Assembly (NCBI GenBank): GCA_010405405.1 | Contig: MU004230.1 | Location: 2,886,627 to 2,950,626 of the forward strand | Direction of reading: 5' to 3' | Source of the DNA: Microthyrium microscopicum | Taxonomy: Eukaryota | Length of the DNA stretch: 64,000 nucleotides | Shown here: piece by piece, positions 33,095 to 44,220 of the stretch | Layout: every line of letters begins with the position of its first letter | Numbering within the stretch: the first letter of the stretch is position 1 | Program-made: the position numbers and the translations under genes | Notes under the pieces: model-generated | Databases searched by the model: none | Seen by the model: only the letters and a program-made list of their open reading frames with translations | What the model was told of the DNA's origin: nothing

Positions 33095-33433
33095 ATGGCA
33101 CAAGATGGGATGCTTAGAGAGTTACAGACGCCTATATCAGCACGCGAGACCATTCGATCAGAGGTGAGAAACAACGACGACTGTTTAGGTTGTCGAATAG
33201 TCGGTAAGCCACACTTGATTTTTTCGAATGAGAGAGATTAAAGTATCATAGGCTCAGCTGCTTTCGTTGGTCTTGGAGGCGGCATGCTATACACGGGCAA
33301 TAGAGACTTGAATGCCAATAGACAAAAAATACTCCAGTCAAAAAGCATATTTGGATTCAAGACAAGGCAATCGGCATTATTTGCTACATCATTCTCGATG
33401 ATCGGGCTTGGTCTTTATCGCTGGTTCAACTAG
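33095..33433 (+). CDS. small membrane protein, DUF4536/DMAC1-like (96 aa)
   Basis: Not in the ORF track. Exons 33095-33203 and 33252-33433 give MAQDG...DDCLGCRIVGSAAFVGLG...MIGLGLYRWFN, a CxxC motif plus two hydrophobic segments. Confidence 0.85.
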
Positions 33434-34494
33434 ACAGTAGGAACCAAGGTTGAGTTGTTGTCATTATCCGTAGTGGTGGAATCCTGCTATAATCTTGGCA
33501 AATTGAAACAGAATGTAAGTATCAAGTTCTACATCACTAAATCATCAATAGCTAACTGTCGCCAAGGTCATAAATATTTTGGTGTAGACATAAAGCCTCT
33601 TTATTTCTCCCTGGATTCCAGGTTGACGGGTCCCACACACATCTAAGCACCGCCATACTTGTAATATTACATTGTCCCGATAGCAATCTCTCGAACCAAG
33701 CATAAATTCATGTCGCATCCCATACTCAAATTGATTTCTTACAAACTAAGTTCATTTGCGGTTGCTCCTCTCCAAAGCGATAGCTTTGTCTAAAAAATCT
33801 TTCCGCTCTGTTTTGTCGTTTGTTATTTGCACAAAGAGCAGTGGACTCGAGAATAGGGTGATTGTTCAAACACCGGCCTCGAGGTTGCGCTTATACACTC
33901 GCACAGATCGGCCGGAGGACCGAAATTATGGGGTGCTTTTGGCAAACGGGCCATCAAATGACGCCGAAACTGTGACCCCCTTCGATTGTTCCCAGCTTCT
34001 TGTGGTGGCCCACCTCAACTTTGTACCGCAAACACGCCAGTCAAACCATAGTTGATCAACACACTGATGCATATATTATTTTCAAAATGCGCTTCTGCTA
34101 TTTTCCAGAACGTCCAGGGCCTATATTAGACCTCAGACATTGCTCATTCTTGGTCTCGCTACCTCTCATCTTGCAAAACCACGAATATAATCACAGAACT
34201 CACGACCTGTCAAGCTCAGAACAACAGCAACACTATTTCCACCAGGCTTCTTATCATCTACACCTTCTCAGCATATATTCATCCTCCCAAGCCAGCGATA
34301 ACCACCAGTGGTAACCCCCAACAAGACCAACAACCACTGACCTCCTCTCACTGCTTCCTCAAACGGCCACGCCAACACCAACACCAACACCAACAAAATA
34401 ACAACACCGAAACTTCTCCATAAGATCCACCCTCCAATCACACTCTCACCGCCACCAGTCCAGCCTGCCCAGCCAACCCATTCTCGTCGTACCC

Positions 34495-35394
34495 ATGTGC
34501 TGGGTCAACCACGTCTACTACACCTGCACCCACTGGAAAACCAGCGTCGCCCACCCCGGCTGCCCCTGCGCCAAACGTACCGGCCCATTCACCCTCCTCC
34601 CATGCCACAATGCGCAAGTCCTCGGCATGATGAGCGATCCGGGAAAATGTCCGTCATGCATTGGCATCGGGAGACGACATACGAGTCCTAGCCTTCCACT
34701 TCTCAAAGACTTTGGCACTACGAGCTTTGGAAGTATGGACTGTGGGGTAAAGGAGTCTGGGGAGCGGCATGATGAGATTCTGAATGCAGGTGATGTAGGT
34801 AAAAAGGTATCGCAGGCGACGAGAGTAGTGAGACAGCCGTATTATGGTATGCTGGTGGATTTTCTGGGACGAGTGGATCCAGAGTCTGGGCTGACGCGGG
34901 AGGATATCTTTGAGCGGGCGCGGGCTTCGCCTGTGGAGGAGGTGCCGAGTATTACGGATGTTTTGGCGGAGGGCGAGGAGAGACGGGATAGTATGTTGGA
35001 TGATGTGGATGATGGGGCGCCGTATCCGCTCGAGGGCAAACCAAGAGGTAATAGCGAAGTATCGGGGATGTCGACGAAACCTTCGATTCGGAGTCGGATG
35101 TCCTGGATTGACTCTGCGATTTCGGGGAATAAGAGAAAGTCGAGAGCTAAAATCGGAAATGCAAGCTCCGCTGAAGAAAAGAAACCGAAGAAAACCAAGA
35201 CTGTGGATGGAGGGAAAGCGGTTGTTGATGAGAATGAGAAGCCGAAGCGGCCGAAGGCTGTATCGAGAGACTCATTTCATGTCAACATGTTTCGACGGAG
35301 AGGCTCCTCTGGAATTGACTTTGGCAAGCTATTCAACTGGCAGCTGCGCAAAGCAAAGACCGCGACATCAGAAGACAATGGGGAAGAAAGATAG
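34495..35394 (+). CDS. hypothetical protein with N-terminal Cys/His cluster
   Basis: 299-aa ORF. MCW...YTCTH...CPC...C...CPSC putative metal-binding N terminus, basic disordered C terminus. Confidence 0.7.
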   Translation: MCWVNHVYYTCTHWKTSVAHPGCPCAKRTGPFTLLPCHNAQVLGMMSDPGKCPSCIGIGRRHTSPSLPLLKDFGTTSFGSMDCGVKESGERHDEILNAGDVGKKVSQATRVVRQPYYGMLVDFLGRVDPESGLTREDIFERARASPVEEVPSITDVLAEGEERRDSMLDDVDDGAPYPLEGKPRGNSEVSGMSTKPSIRSRMSWIDSAISGNKRKSRAKIGNASSAEEKKPKKTKTVDGGKAVVDENEKPKRPKAVSRDSFHVNMFRRRGSSGIDFGKLFNWQLRKAKTATSEDNGEER

Positions 35395-35767
35395 CACACA
35401 GAACTGCCCTCGCGCCGGTAATCTTGTACTCGGCTAAGAACACCGCATGAATGATTTACGGATAAGTGATACCCCTGATTTTGCCATATTGTCTTTGAAT
35501 TTCACCGGAGGCAGTGGTCAAGAACTCCGTGCTGGAATTTTGATCTTTCGACATGGTGCTAGGAATTGGAATTTATGATTTTTGCTTTATAGGATACCCA
35601 AACGCTGCCGCGCAGCCATGCATTTGATAGCGTTGGCCATTTCCCGCCATTTTGCATATGATATGATAGTAATAGTAATAGTTTTTTAGGAAGCCAACGA
35701 TGATATTCAAGCGCGCCGAAACTCTTCTGTCCATGTCGCTTACAAGATGTTTAGTTCCATACGAGCC

Positions 35768-37218
35768 TCACTCCACTGAATGAAGCTCTCTGTAGCCGGC
35801 CATAACTAGACTTCTCTCTGCCACCGAGTCCCCAGTGACCGTCCAGTAAAATAGACCAGCCAATCCTCTAAAAATTGTTAGTATAATGGTACAATATCGA
35901 AACCCACAGGCGCTGGAAAGGCCATGTGGCTTTCGTGGTGAAATCCCATGGCGATCCATGGATGTCAACACGTTCGATTGGAGCCACCACACTCTGTCAA
36001 AAACGGCTACGTTAGGTACACCATCGAGCGCGATGGCACACGCAACATATATTGACATCGTGGGAGATCAACTAGATGATTGAAATCAGGGAAAATCTTA
36101 CCTCTCCTTCGCATACGCCGCCTTGACTCGCACCGTTTCCGGCACATCATAACTGATCCATCCACCCGCCTCATTCGTGCCCACACACCACGCAGCTCCC
36201 AACTGCAAGTCCACCTGCTCCACCGCGTCATTTCTTGGTAAGTCGCGGAACTCGAACGTGCCTTCATCGCCGGCAGAGCCAGCGTATGCCTGGCCTGCTG
36301 CTTGCGCGCCGAGAAAACTGCGGCCGTAGACTGGGATGCCGAGTAGAATCTTTGAACAAGGTACTCCACATTTTACTAAATACTCGATTGCTGTGTTCGC
36401 ACAAGGCGTATCGGGCGTGGGTGCGTAGAGGGCTGCTTGGTGGCCGGCGATGGGTGACCAGGGGCCAAAGAAATCGTAGGCCATGAGGTTGATGAGATCG
36501 AGAAGTTGGGCTGCTGGTGCGAGGGGGATGTACTGGAGTGCCCATTCACCGGCTGGTAAGGCCGAGGTGAGTAGATATCGTGGGGCGGGAAGGGCGGCAC
36601 GCAGACATTGGAGGAGAGATAGAAAGTTTGTGCCTTGGATGGCGTCTGAGGGGTGTTCCCAGTCAACTATCAGTGGTTAGCTATTCACGATATCAGAAAA
36701 GGGGAGAAGGAAAGAGGTACTGTCTATGCCATCTAACTCGTACTTGTCCACCATAGCGCGTGCCGAGTCAGCGAACCGGGTGCGGGTTGTTGGATCTTGC
36801 GCCATGAGTGGAAATTTATCGCTGCCTGCACCGCCGCCGCCGACGGAGAGGATTACTTTGACGTGGGTGTTACTCGGGATCTTTTTGAGAGCGGCGAAGG
36901 AGCGGAGACAGCCCTTGACGCCGTCTACTTCCATTTCATCGTCTGCCCAGGAGTCACTCAGCTGGTTACGTTAGTGATGAACGTGAACAAAGGGGATTTC
37001 GAGGAACGTACACATATCGAGCCGTCGTCGTCAATCCTGCAAATGGGTAACAATCAGTAAGTGTCTGGCCCAGACTTGCAAAGTAAAGTGATGCAGCAGA
37101 GGACAACAAACCGGGCAAAGGCGTAGAAGACATGCGAAATCATACCGAAATTGAGACTCGAGGGAGGTTGATTCCGGTAAACGCGCCAGTTTGGATAGTA
37201 AACGGCATTGGTATACAT
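35768..37218 (-). CDS. GH18 chitinase, no signal peptide
   Basis: Exons 37218-37112, 37036-37012, 36961-36721, 36666-36102, 35867-35768. NAVYYPNW, LSVGG, spliced catalytic DGIDIDWEHP, LMAYDF, GIPVYGR, GLFYW. Confidence 0.92.
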
Positions 37219-39974
37219 AGTGACTGCTCTTTGGGTATAGCTAGTTGAGCGATGCGTTCGATTGAATGATATCTGCTGCCTGTTAGAACAAACTGCTCAT
37301 ACATCTGGTAATAGGATGCTGGAATGAATGCTTTTGTCGGGAATAGATGCAATACATTTTTCAGGCTTGATAGGTATCCAGGTATAATAGTGTTGATTGA
37401 TGTTATGAATAAGAAAGTCAAAATGTCCAGTCGCTCTCGGTAATCTACCAGAAGACAAATGAAAGATGATAAAGAATTACGCGTCACAACGTACTTGTTC
37501 TCGTGTCAAAGGGGGTAGCCATCGCGGTGAAAGAGGACCGAACATTGGTTCGGAAACGTCAGAGGATCTGTTTTCTTGGGCCGGGAAGCACTCCGGCCGA
37601 GACCAAGGACCGGGCCGGAAGGGATAGTTAGTATCAAAGGTAGTAACGATGGCACTAGGGTAAATCTAGGGCCAGTGAGGCTGAAGTCTTGTGTCGTAAA
37701 TTGGCAAGAAAGATGCTCAAGTTCGAATATAATGAGTCCAAGAAGTAAATACCAGGCAGAAGCACGACAAGTTGGCAGTGATGGTTTCGAGAGTAATATA
37801 TGTCCATGATCATGATCGCACATATCTGCAACTAGTGGATTTACGGGATAAACGTATCAATACCCAATGATCTGACACGATGCAAGCCATAGTCTGCGCT
37901 AGTTATAGTATGATGTCCGTACGGCAAATCCCTTGACCCAAAGTAGGCAACCAGCTACCTGAGAAAGATTGGGAGTATTCAATCAGACCAAGAAACACGA
38001 TTGGACTGACGGAGTGGGGAAGAGTGCAATAGCTCGTCTCAATGCGGATATGGGAAGACTCGATCTCGGTTACCCTGCAGGCATGGTGGTGTATCGATCC
38101 ATGGATGAAGCCTGAAGCATCGGTATAGAGCGTGCTTCTGGCTAGCGCCCAAAGTGTCGGGACAATGATTTTTTTCTTCATCTCATACTAAGACCATGTA
38201 GAACGAGTACAGGCCTTTGTAAAAGTCAAATATATTAGTTCTTGAATTGGTCAGCGAGTACGAGCTTGTTACTCAAACATTCGCAAGCTGTACTATGCGC
38301 AGATATCGTTCGTTAGTTGCTAGTCCTTTGAGTGTAGTAGGTTAGGTTATAGGAACGCGGCTATATGCATATATCCCTGGAGAATATCAAGCATGATGTT
38401 CAGCTGCATACTGATACAAATAATACCCGGATAGTCGATAGGGACAAGCGCACGAGATTACCGGAATCACAGGCTGGATGTCTCAGCTCACCGAAGACTA
38501 CACCTTTCATTCGATGTTTGTGGGCAAAATTGCAGACGAAAGTATGTCGATATCGTATCCAAAGAGGCTTGTACTAAGCTAGCTTCGAAGAGATTGGAGA
38601 AACCAACAAATCAGGCGGAACGATATTGAAGGATGATTATTTCCAAGGTGCTTGTGTGGATGAAGTTGCATATTGAAGATATTATTGCCGGGGTTGGTGG
38701 GATGCAAGCTGCATGCTGCAGGTTTGGCGGTTTCTTGAGTCTAGTTCGCGGCCAGTTAAAGAGCACCCAGAAGTCGTGCATCGCGAAATCGACCCTATTG
38801 ATTTTTGTCTTTTCCGCTCACCTCATGCTTTGTATCCGATGGAGAAGAGAGGCCGCAAGTAGTCCTCATACGATCAATCGATTGCCAAGTATTGCCAGAT
38901 ACGATACACAGATCCATCGAGGTTCCATTTAAGGCTCATAGATGAAAGTTCTCCACGACCGGGTTTTGGGTAGAAGTTCAATATCGGCCTATAGCAGCAT
39001 CAGGTCCGAGCAGGTTCAGGAACAAGTTCAATTCGTTGCTCAAGCGATTGAAAGATGCCTATCCAGGACATAGTAGCCGGCATATAGGTAGACAAACAGC
39101 TTGTCTCACTTACTCGCATTAAGCCACGAGGGCAAAGAAGCAGAATCAAGCTGCCAGCTCATCGACCATGCCATGAGAGATTTCTTAAAAGTAAGGCTTG
39201 ATGATTTTGACGAGCTGTCCTCATAGTAACCTTGGATCCAAAACGCTGATATCTCTAGCTGGAGGAAGATATTTCAAATGAAGCCATGAACTCGAGAACA
39301 TAGGATATGAGACATTCGCATCAAAGGTGTGGATACACGAATAAGCGAAGTTGGAAGAGGAACGAGAATACGATGCATAGGAGCTGAACGTGCAGCTTGC
39401 TGCACTTTCGAACGCCCACGATCTATAGGCTAGGTACGTGCATTTTCAAGGATCTCAAGATCTTGTTAGACCTTTCGCAGTATGCAGCCCTTGAGGTTAG
39501 TCCGAAGATAGTTGCACAAAGTTGGAGAGGAAGTTAGAGAGACGAAAGGGAGGTGAATATTCTTGGCTGCTTTTTGATAAGCTACAAAACTGAAATGGTC
39601 TTGGCACTAGCGAGTGGGATACCGTTTTTACCCTTTCAGTTGGGCCACGGTAGCGCGGTTTTTTAGGCGAGGTTTGTCCGTGAGCGATAGCGAGTCACTG
39701 CCTAAGTTCAAGGCGCCACCAGCAAGAAAAAGCGCGCTACCGTGGCCCAACTGAAAGGGTAAAAACGGTATTTTGATTGGTGTATAGACAGCTTGTCCAA
39801 TCACATGACTCGTATTTAAACCGCGACGTTTATCAGTCATCCTATATCGACAACATCTGAACCAGCTCGAAGATTCCATCCTCTGCTCAACTCTCAACTT
39901 CATCCTATCTAAGACGATTGACCATTATCACTTCTCCATCATAGTGAATTCATCACACACGACCTACCAGAAAG

Positions 39975-40799
39975 ATGGCGATTGTTTCGCAAAATCAGGT
40001 CCAAGCCGCAGCAGTTGATCAGATACTTCATCCATCCACCAGCCAAACACCACAATACGACTTTAACTTTTCTAATTTCTTAAAACGAGAATATCGATAC
40101 GGCATAGACATCGACCGCCCAATATGTAAAGCATTTGTTCAAGGCCACTGCCCAGCCGGGTCAAGTTGTCCAGACCGTCATCCAGCGCAAACCGGCTTTA
40201 ATAGGTATGTCAAACCACATCACATGGCTTTGGAGATCACACTAACCAGTTACCCCGGCAGTTTAGTATGTAAGCATTGGATGCGTGCGCTATGCAAGAA
40301 AGGTGAAGGCTGCGAATTCTTGCATGAATACAATCTACGTCGGATGCCTGAATGTCACAGCTACGCAGATGATAGCAAATGCCCCAACGGCGACGACTGC
40401 ATGTATCAACATATCGACAAGTCACGTAAGCGACCTCCATGTCCTCACTATGATCGCGGGTTCTGTCCCCTAGGGCCACTATGTGCGAATAAGCACGTCA
40501 AGAAAGCCAAGCTATGTCAGCTTTATCTTGCAGGCTTCTGCCCCAATGGCCGAGAATGCCAGCTTGGCGCACATGCAAGATTTGCTTTCGATCTTAAAAA
40601 GCCGGTGGTCAAGGGCCAAGAGCCGCCCGAGGAAGCAAAGGCAGAGACACATGCAGACCAAGAGCAGAAATATGACGATGATGGACGGTTCAGCAAGGAT
40701 GACCGACAATTTGGTGGTGGACAGCAAAAGTTTGGACGAGGCGGATGGCAAGGGAAGAAGCGAGGACGGGGAGGCTTCAAGCCTAGAGGACGTGGATAG
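39975..40799 (+). CDS. YTH1: mRNA 3'-end processing CCCH zinc-finger protein (CPSF30)
   Basis: Five CCCH fingers (VCKHWMRALCKKGEGCEFLHEYNLRRMPEC). In-frame 57-nt intron at 40205-40261. Confidence 0.95.
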   Translation: MAIVSQNQVQAAAVDQILHPSTSQTPQYDFNFSNFLKREYRYGIDIDRPICKAFVQGHCPAGSSCPDRHPAQTGFNRYVKPHHMALEITLTSYPGSLVCKHWMRALCKKGEGCEFLHEYNLRRMPECHSYADDSKCPNGDDCMYQHIDKSRKRPPCPHYDRGFCPLGPLCANKHVKKAKLCQLYLAGFCPNGRECQLGAHARFAFDLKKPVVKGQEPPEEAKAETHADQEQKYDDDGRFSKDDRQFGGGQQKFGRGGWQGKKRGRGGFKPRGRG

Positions 40800-41499
40800 T
40801 CTCCCGATCACCACCAGCGATTCGGACGCATGCAGCCACGGCCTAGCGAACTTCTGAAGTTTAGAAGGAGATATGCGGAAGAATAATAGCATTGTCTAAT
40901 AGTCGAGTCAGTCGAAGATGTCTCAAAACTCAAGGTTGAGATTGGACCGCATGGAAGAAGTATTGATACGATAACTCGCCGTGCAATTTCGGCAGCAACC
41001 ACAAAGACAAACCACGACTGAATCTAGTATTATAGAGCTGCTTTACGAGTCCGAAGGTCAAGTATGTACGATATTGTTACGAGTATTGCGCAGAAATGTG
41101 ACTAGGCTGTTGGTTCTGATGAAGAGGAGAATTGAGAGACGATGTCCACCAGAGATACCAACGATCTTCAGGCCTAACAAACCAGCCAAAATAACAGATT
41201 ATGTCTTAAATTTTCCATTGTCTTTTGAGTATCTCATGAATTACCGTGTCTTTGAAAAGAAAACTGATGAGGCGGTGACCCCGCTCTGGTGCTGGTGCTG
41301 GCTGGCCCACTCTGTTGCTTGCCTGGTTCTGGTGGGCGGCGCGTCTCTGCGCAAAAGGGGGGCGTCAACCATCCTTCTCTTTTTCTCTCCACCGCGTCTT
41401 TGCACCAATTCCATCGCATCAACAGATCCCCATCAATGCGACCGAGTGGTGTTGTCAACTAGTTTGTAGATCTGCTAGTCCGCACCTCCCAAACAAAAC

Positions 41500-43274
41500 A
41501 TGCAACCAAACGTCGGCGCCCGGAACTTTCCGCACCCAGCGCGCAACAAGACTGGTTAGTAGTACCTCTCCAACTACACCTCTACACACACCTGATCCTT
41601 TGCTCCAATATTCCATTTCCCACCACTCTTCCTCCTACATCCCATTATTCACGTGTATTCTCTCTTTCTCTCTGTACCGAAGTTGCTCTATACTTGCGCT
41701 CCTACCCGTTGCCCGGCATGGCTACCCGCCACACGAGAAACAAGACTTCTCTTGGCAGCATTACATATGCCGATCTTGCTAACACTTTCCAACGTCCAGG
41801 CCTTCCTCCAGTTGGCGCGCAATATCAGTTAGGCCAGCCCGTCGCACCGCAACGAGTTTCTCAGGATGAATCTGCACGCGCCGCCATCTACAAACGGCTG
41901 TCCATAGTCCCTACCGATCGCGAAATTCCAGATGGCGTAGCAGATCTAGTGGTCGGCGATGTGGTAGAGCGGTATCAGTCACTGCGCGAGCTCGAGAAAA
42001 AACTAGATGCCGTCCTGATCAACAAGCGTCTGGCTGCTAAGGACTCGAGTCAGCGATACGAGCGCCGTTTGCGTACTATGCGCGTGTGGATCAGCTGTCA
42101 GTCTTTGGATAAAGATAACGGCGACACGCGTATGGAGGACACATTCGACTTTGGCGATGAGTCCGGCGATCGCAGCTACAAGATGCAAATTCAAGGTCGT
42201 TTGCTACCTGAAGACGACGAGGAAGCCGAGTCCAAGGACAAGTCCGATGACACAAGCGGCATGGATGTCGACAAACCCTCGGAAGAAGCAGCAAAGAAAG
42301 AGGGCTCATCAAAACCATACTTTGAGAGACAAAAGTTTTCTCATTATTTCCAAACTATCACCGTCACCTTCAATCCGCCTCAACACGCTCTTCCCAACGC
42401 CACAGTTCCTGCTCCAATACAATGGAAACGACCAACTCCTACCCAAGAAGGCCAATTTCCAACTAGCCCCAACGCAAATTTCGATTGCTTAGATATCGAG
42501 CGCAAACTCGAGGAAGGTGTCCAGAGCGTGACTGTAAAATTGGAGCGTGCGGATCCAAATGGCCGGGTCCGAGGAAAGCTAAGTCCCGCACTTGCTCGAG
42601 TTCTCGATCGACAATATGAGGACCAGAGTGGTGCCATGATGGGCATTTACAATTATGTCCGTCTAAAGGGACTAGAACAGGAAGGCCAACCACAATACTT
42701 CAGATGCGACGAGGCTCTAAAAGCTGTAAGTATTGTAATACATTACCTGAAACATCTCTAACATAATTAGGTCTTCGGTCAAGACTCGATGCACTTCACA
42801 TACGCCCCTGAAAAAATCATGGAGAACATTACTCCACTTCCAGATATATCTCTCCCATTCACTATCCGTCTATCTAACCCACCCGCGCCACCAACTATCT
42901 ACGACATCCCCGTTCTTGTGGATGATCCTCTCGATGTCTTCACATCCTACTTTCGATCTGCGACCAATCCTCGTGATCAAAACTTTGTCAAACGCCTCGA
43001 GACAATCGCCCAACTCGATAAGGACATTGCCCTTGCTATTCAGGGCATGTATGCGAGCAAAGCCAAAATCGACTTTCTCAACCAGTTGGCCAAGGAACCA
43101 GTTGGCTTCATGAAAAAGTGGGTCAGCTCACAGCAGGCTGACGAGGCAGTCATTCTTGCCGAAGAGAACGCCAAAGGACCCGAGTGGAGTCGTGGCGGTC
43201 AAGAAAGTCTTTGGGCTTCGCAGGGTGCTAAGGAGAGTGTGGGGCTGTTGTTGGCTCGAACGAAGCCTTTGTAG
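41500..43274 (+). CDS. SWI/SNF-RSC complex SWIB-domain subunit (Snf12/Rsc6/Ssr3, BAF60 family)
   Basis: Exons 41500-41554, 41800-42725, 42771-43274. PTDREIPDG, EKKLDA, KFSHYF, KLSPALARVLD, GIYNYVRLKGL, PVGFMKKWVSSQ. Confidence 0.9.
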
Positions 43275-44033
43275 TTCATTGGGGAGCAGCCGGAATCTCT
43301 GGCATCTCTGGGTCAGGTTCCTGGTTTTCCTTCAGTTGTGCCAGATGTTTTGGATGGAGGCTTGGTCGAAAAGTCACCAAGTTCTTCTTCAACCATGGCA
43401 AACATGCCGTATGTTTCGTCCCAAAAAGTCTCCAACCCCCCTTTAGCTAGGGCAGACAGTCCAAACGATGTTTTGATTGTAAACTCCCTCAAACCTCCTT
43501 CAACTATGGCAAACCTTTCGAATGATGATTTGATCGCAAGGATTTCCAAACCCCCTTTAGCTATGGCAAATGTACTGAATGATAATTCGATCGAAATATT
43601 CCCGGAACACTCTTCAACTGTGCCAAATATTCGGAGGCAATCGCCACTTGTTGATCACAATCAGCAAGAGAGGCATAACAAAGTTTCAAATTTTATTCCG
43701 TTCGTAACTTCAAAAGAGGACAAATGCGGTGTCTGCAAAGAAGAGAGAAGGGAATGTCTCATTGAGAAGGATGGCGAAAGATGCAAGCCCTGCCGTTTGA
43801 AAGGACGCAAATGTAGTCTTATTGGGAAGCGAGCGGGGGATATCCGGGTCAAAAGCGAAAAATGCGATGCCTGCAAAAAGGACAGGAGAATCTGTGTCGT
43901 TGTCATGGCTGGCGAGAGATGTGTGTATTGCGAGTCAAGGGGATGCAGATGTACTCTTATTGAAGAGCGAACGCCGAAGGGGAAACTATCGAGAGACAAG
44001 AAGCGCGTCCTCTCAGATGCCCAGAGTGTATAA
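43275..44033 (+). CDS. ORF with two tandem Zn(II)2Cys6-like clusters; in frame with the preceding stop codon (first ATG at 43395)
   Basis: Two C-x2-C-x6-C-x8-C-x2-C-x6-C motifs at 43725-43814 and 43863-43952, preceded by degenerate S/P-rich repeats. Confidence 0.7.
   Translation, partial: FIGEQPESLASLGQVPGFPSVVPDVLDGGLVEKSPSSSSTMANMPYVSSQKVSNPPLARADSPNDVLIVNSLKPPSTMANLSNDDLIARISKPPLAMANVLNDNSIEIFPEHSSTVPNIRRQSPLVDHNQQERHNKVSNFIPFVTSKEDKCGVCKEERRECLIEKDGERCKPCRLKGRKCSLIGKRAGDIRVKSEKCDACKKDRRICVVVMAGERCVYCESRGCRCTLIEERTPKGKLSRDKKRVLSDAQSV
43329..43630 (+). repeat. degenerate coding tandem repeat (about 55-60 bp units, about 111-114 bp higher order)
   Basis: YCTTCARYYRTGSCARA at 43329, 43386, 43497 and 43611. 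CCCCCTTTAGCTA at about 43437 and 43551. Confidence 0.75.
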
Positions 44034-44220
44034 TAGTTGGACTTCATGAAAGGCTGGACACGCGGAAGCTTCGCAATAGATCCATTATTTGGTGTGACTA
44101 GTGTAATTTAATACATGCTTTCTTTTGGTTATCCGCTTTATCTCTTTTAGGCGCATCGATTCAGCTATAAACTTCTTGGGCAAGGCCATCACGATGACTA
44201 CTTATCTATCCATCAACAAG

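Noticed and set aside
34370..34410. (CCAACA)n tract, and the (GTTGCT)n tract at about 553-580
   Set aside because: Ordinary short microsatellites in presumed 5' UTRs.
37300..39900. Gene or transposon remnant in the 2.6 kb intergenic stretch
   Set aside because: Only short ORFs without recognisable motifs; no terminal repeats or transposase/RT signatures seen.
41555..41799. ncRNA in the 245-nt first intron of the SWI/SNF subunit gene
   Set aside because: Only one modest hairpin plus an ACA very close to the branch site; no box H or C/D.
41694..41799. ORF-track N terminus (MATRHTRNK...) of the SWI/SNF subunit
   Set aside because: Better explained as intron sequence. An upstream exon at 41500-41554 (MQPNV...) splices in frame with canonical signals.
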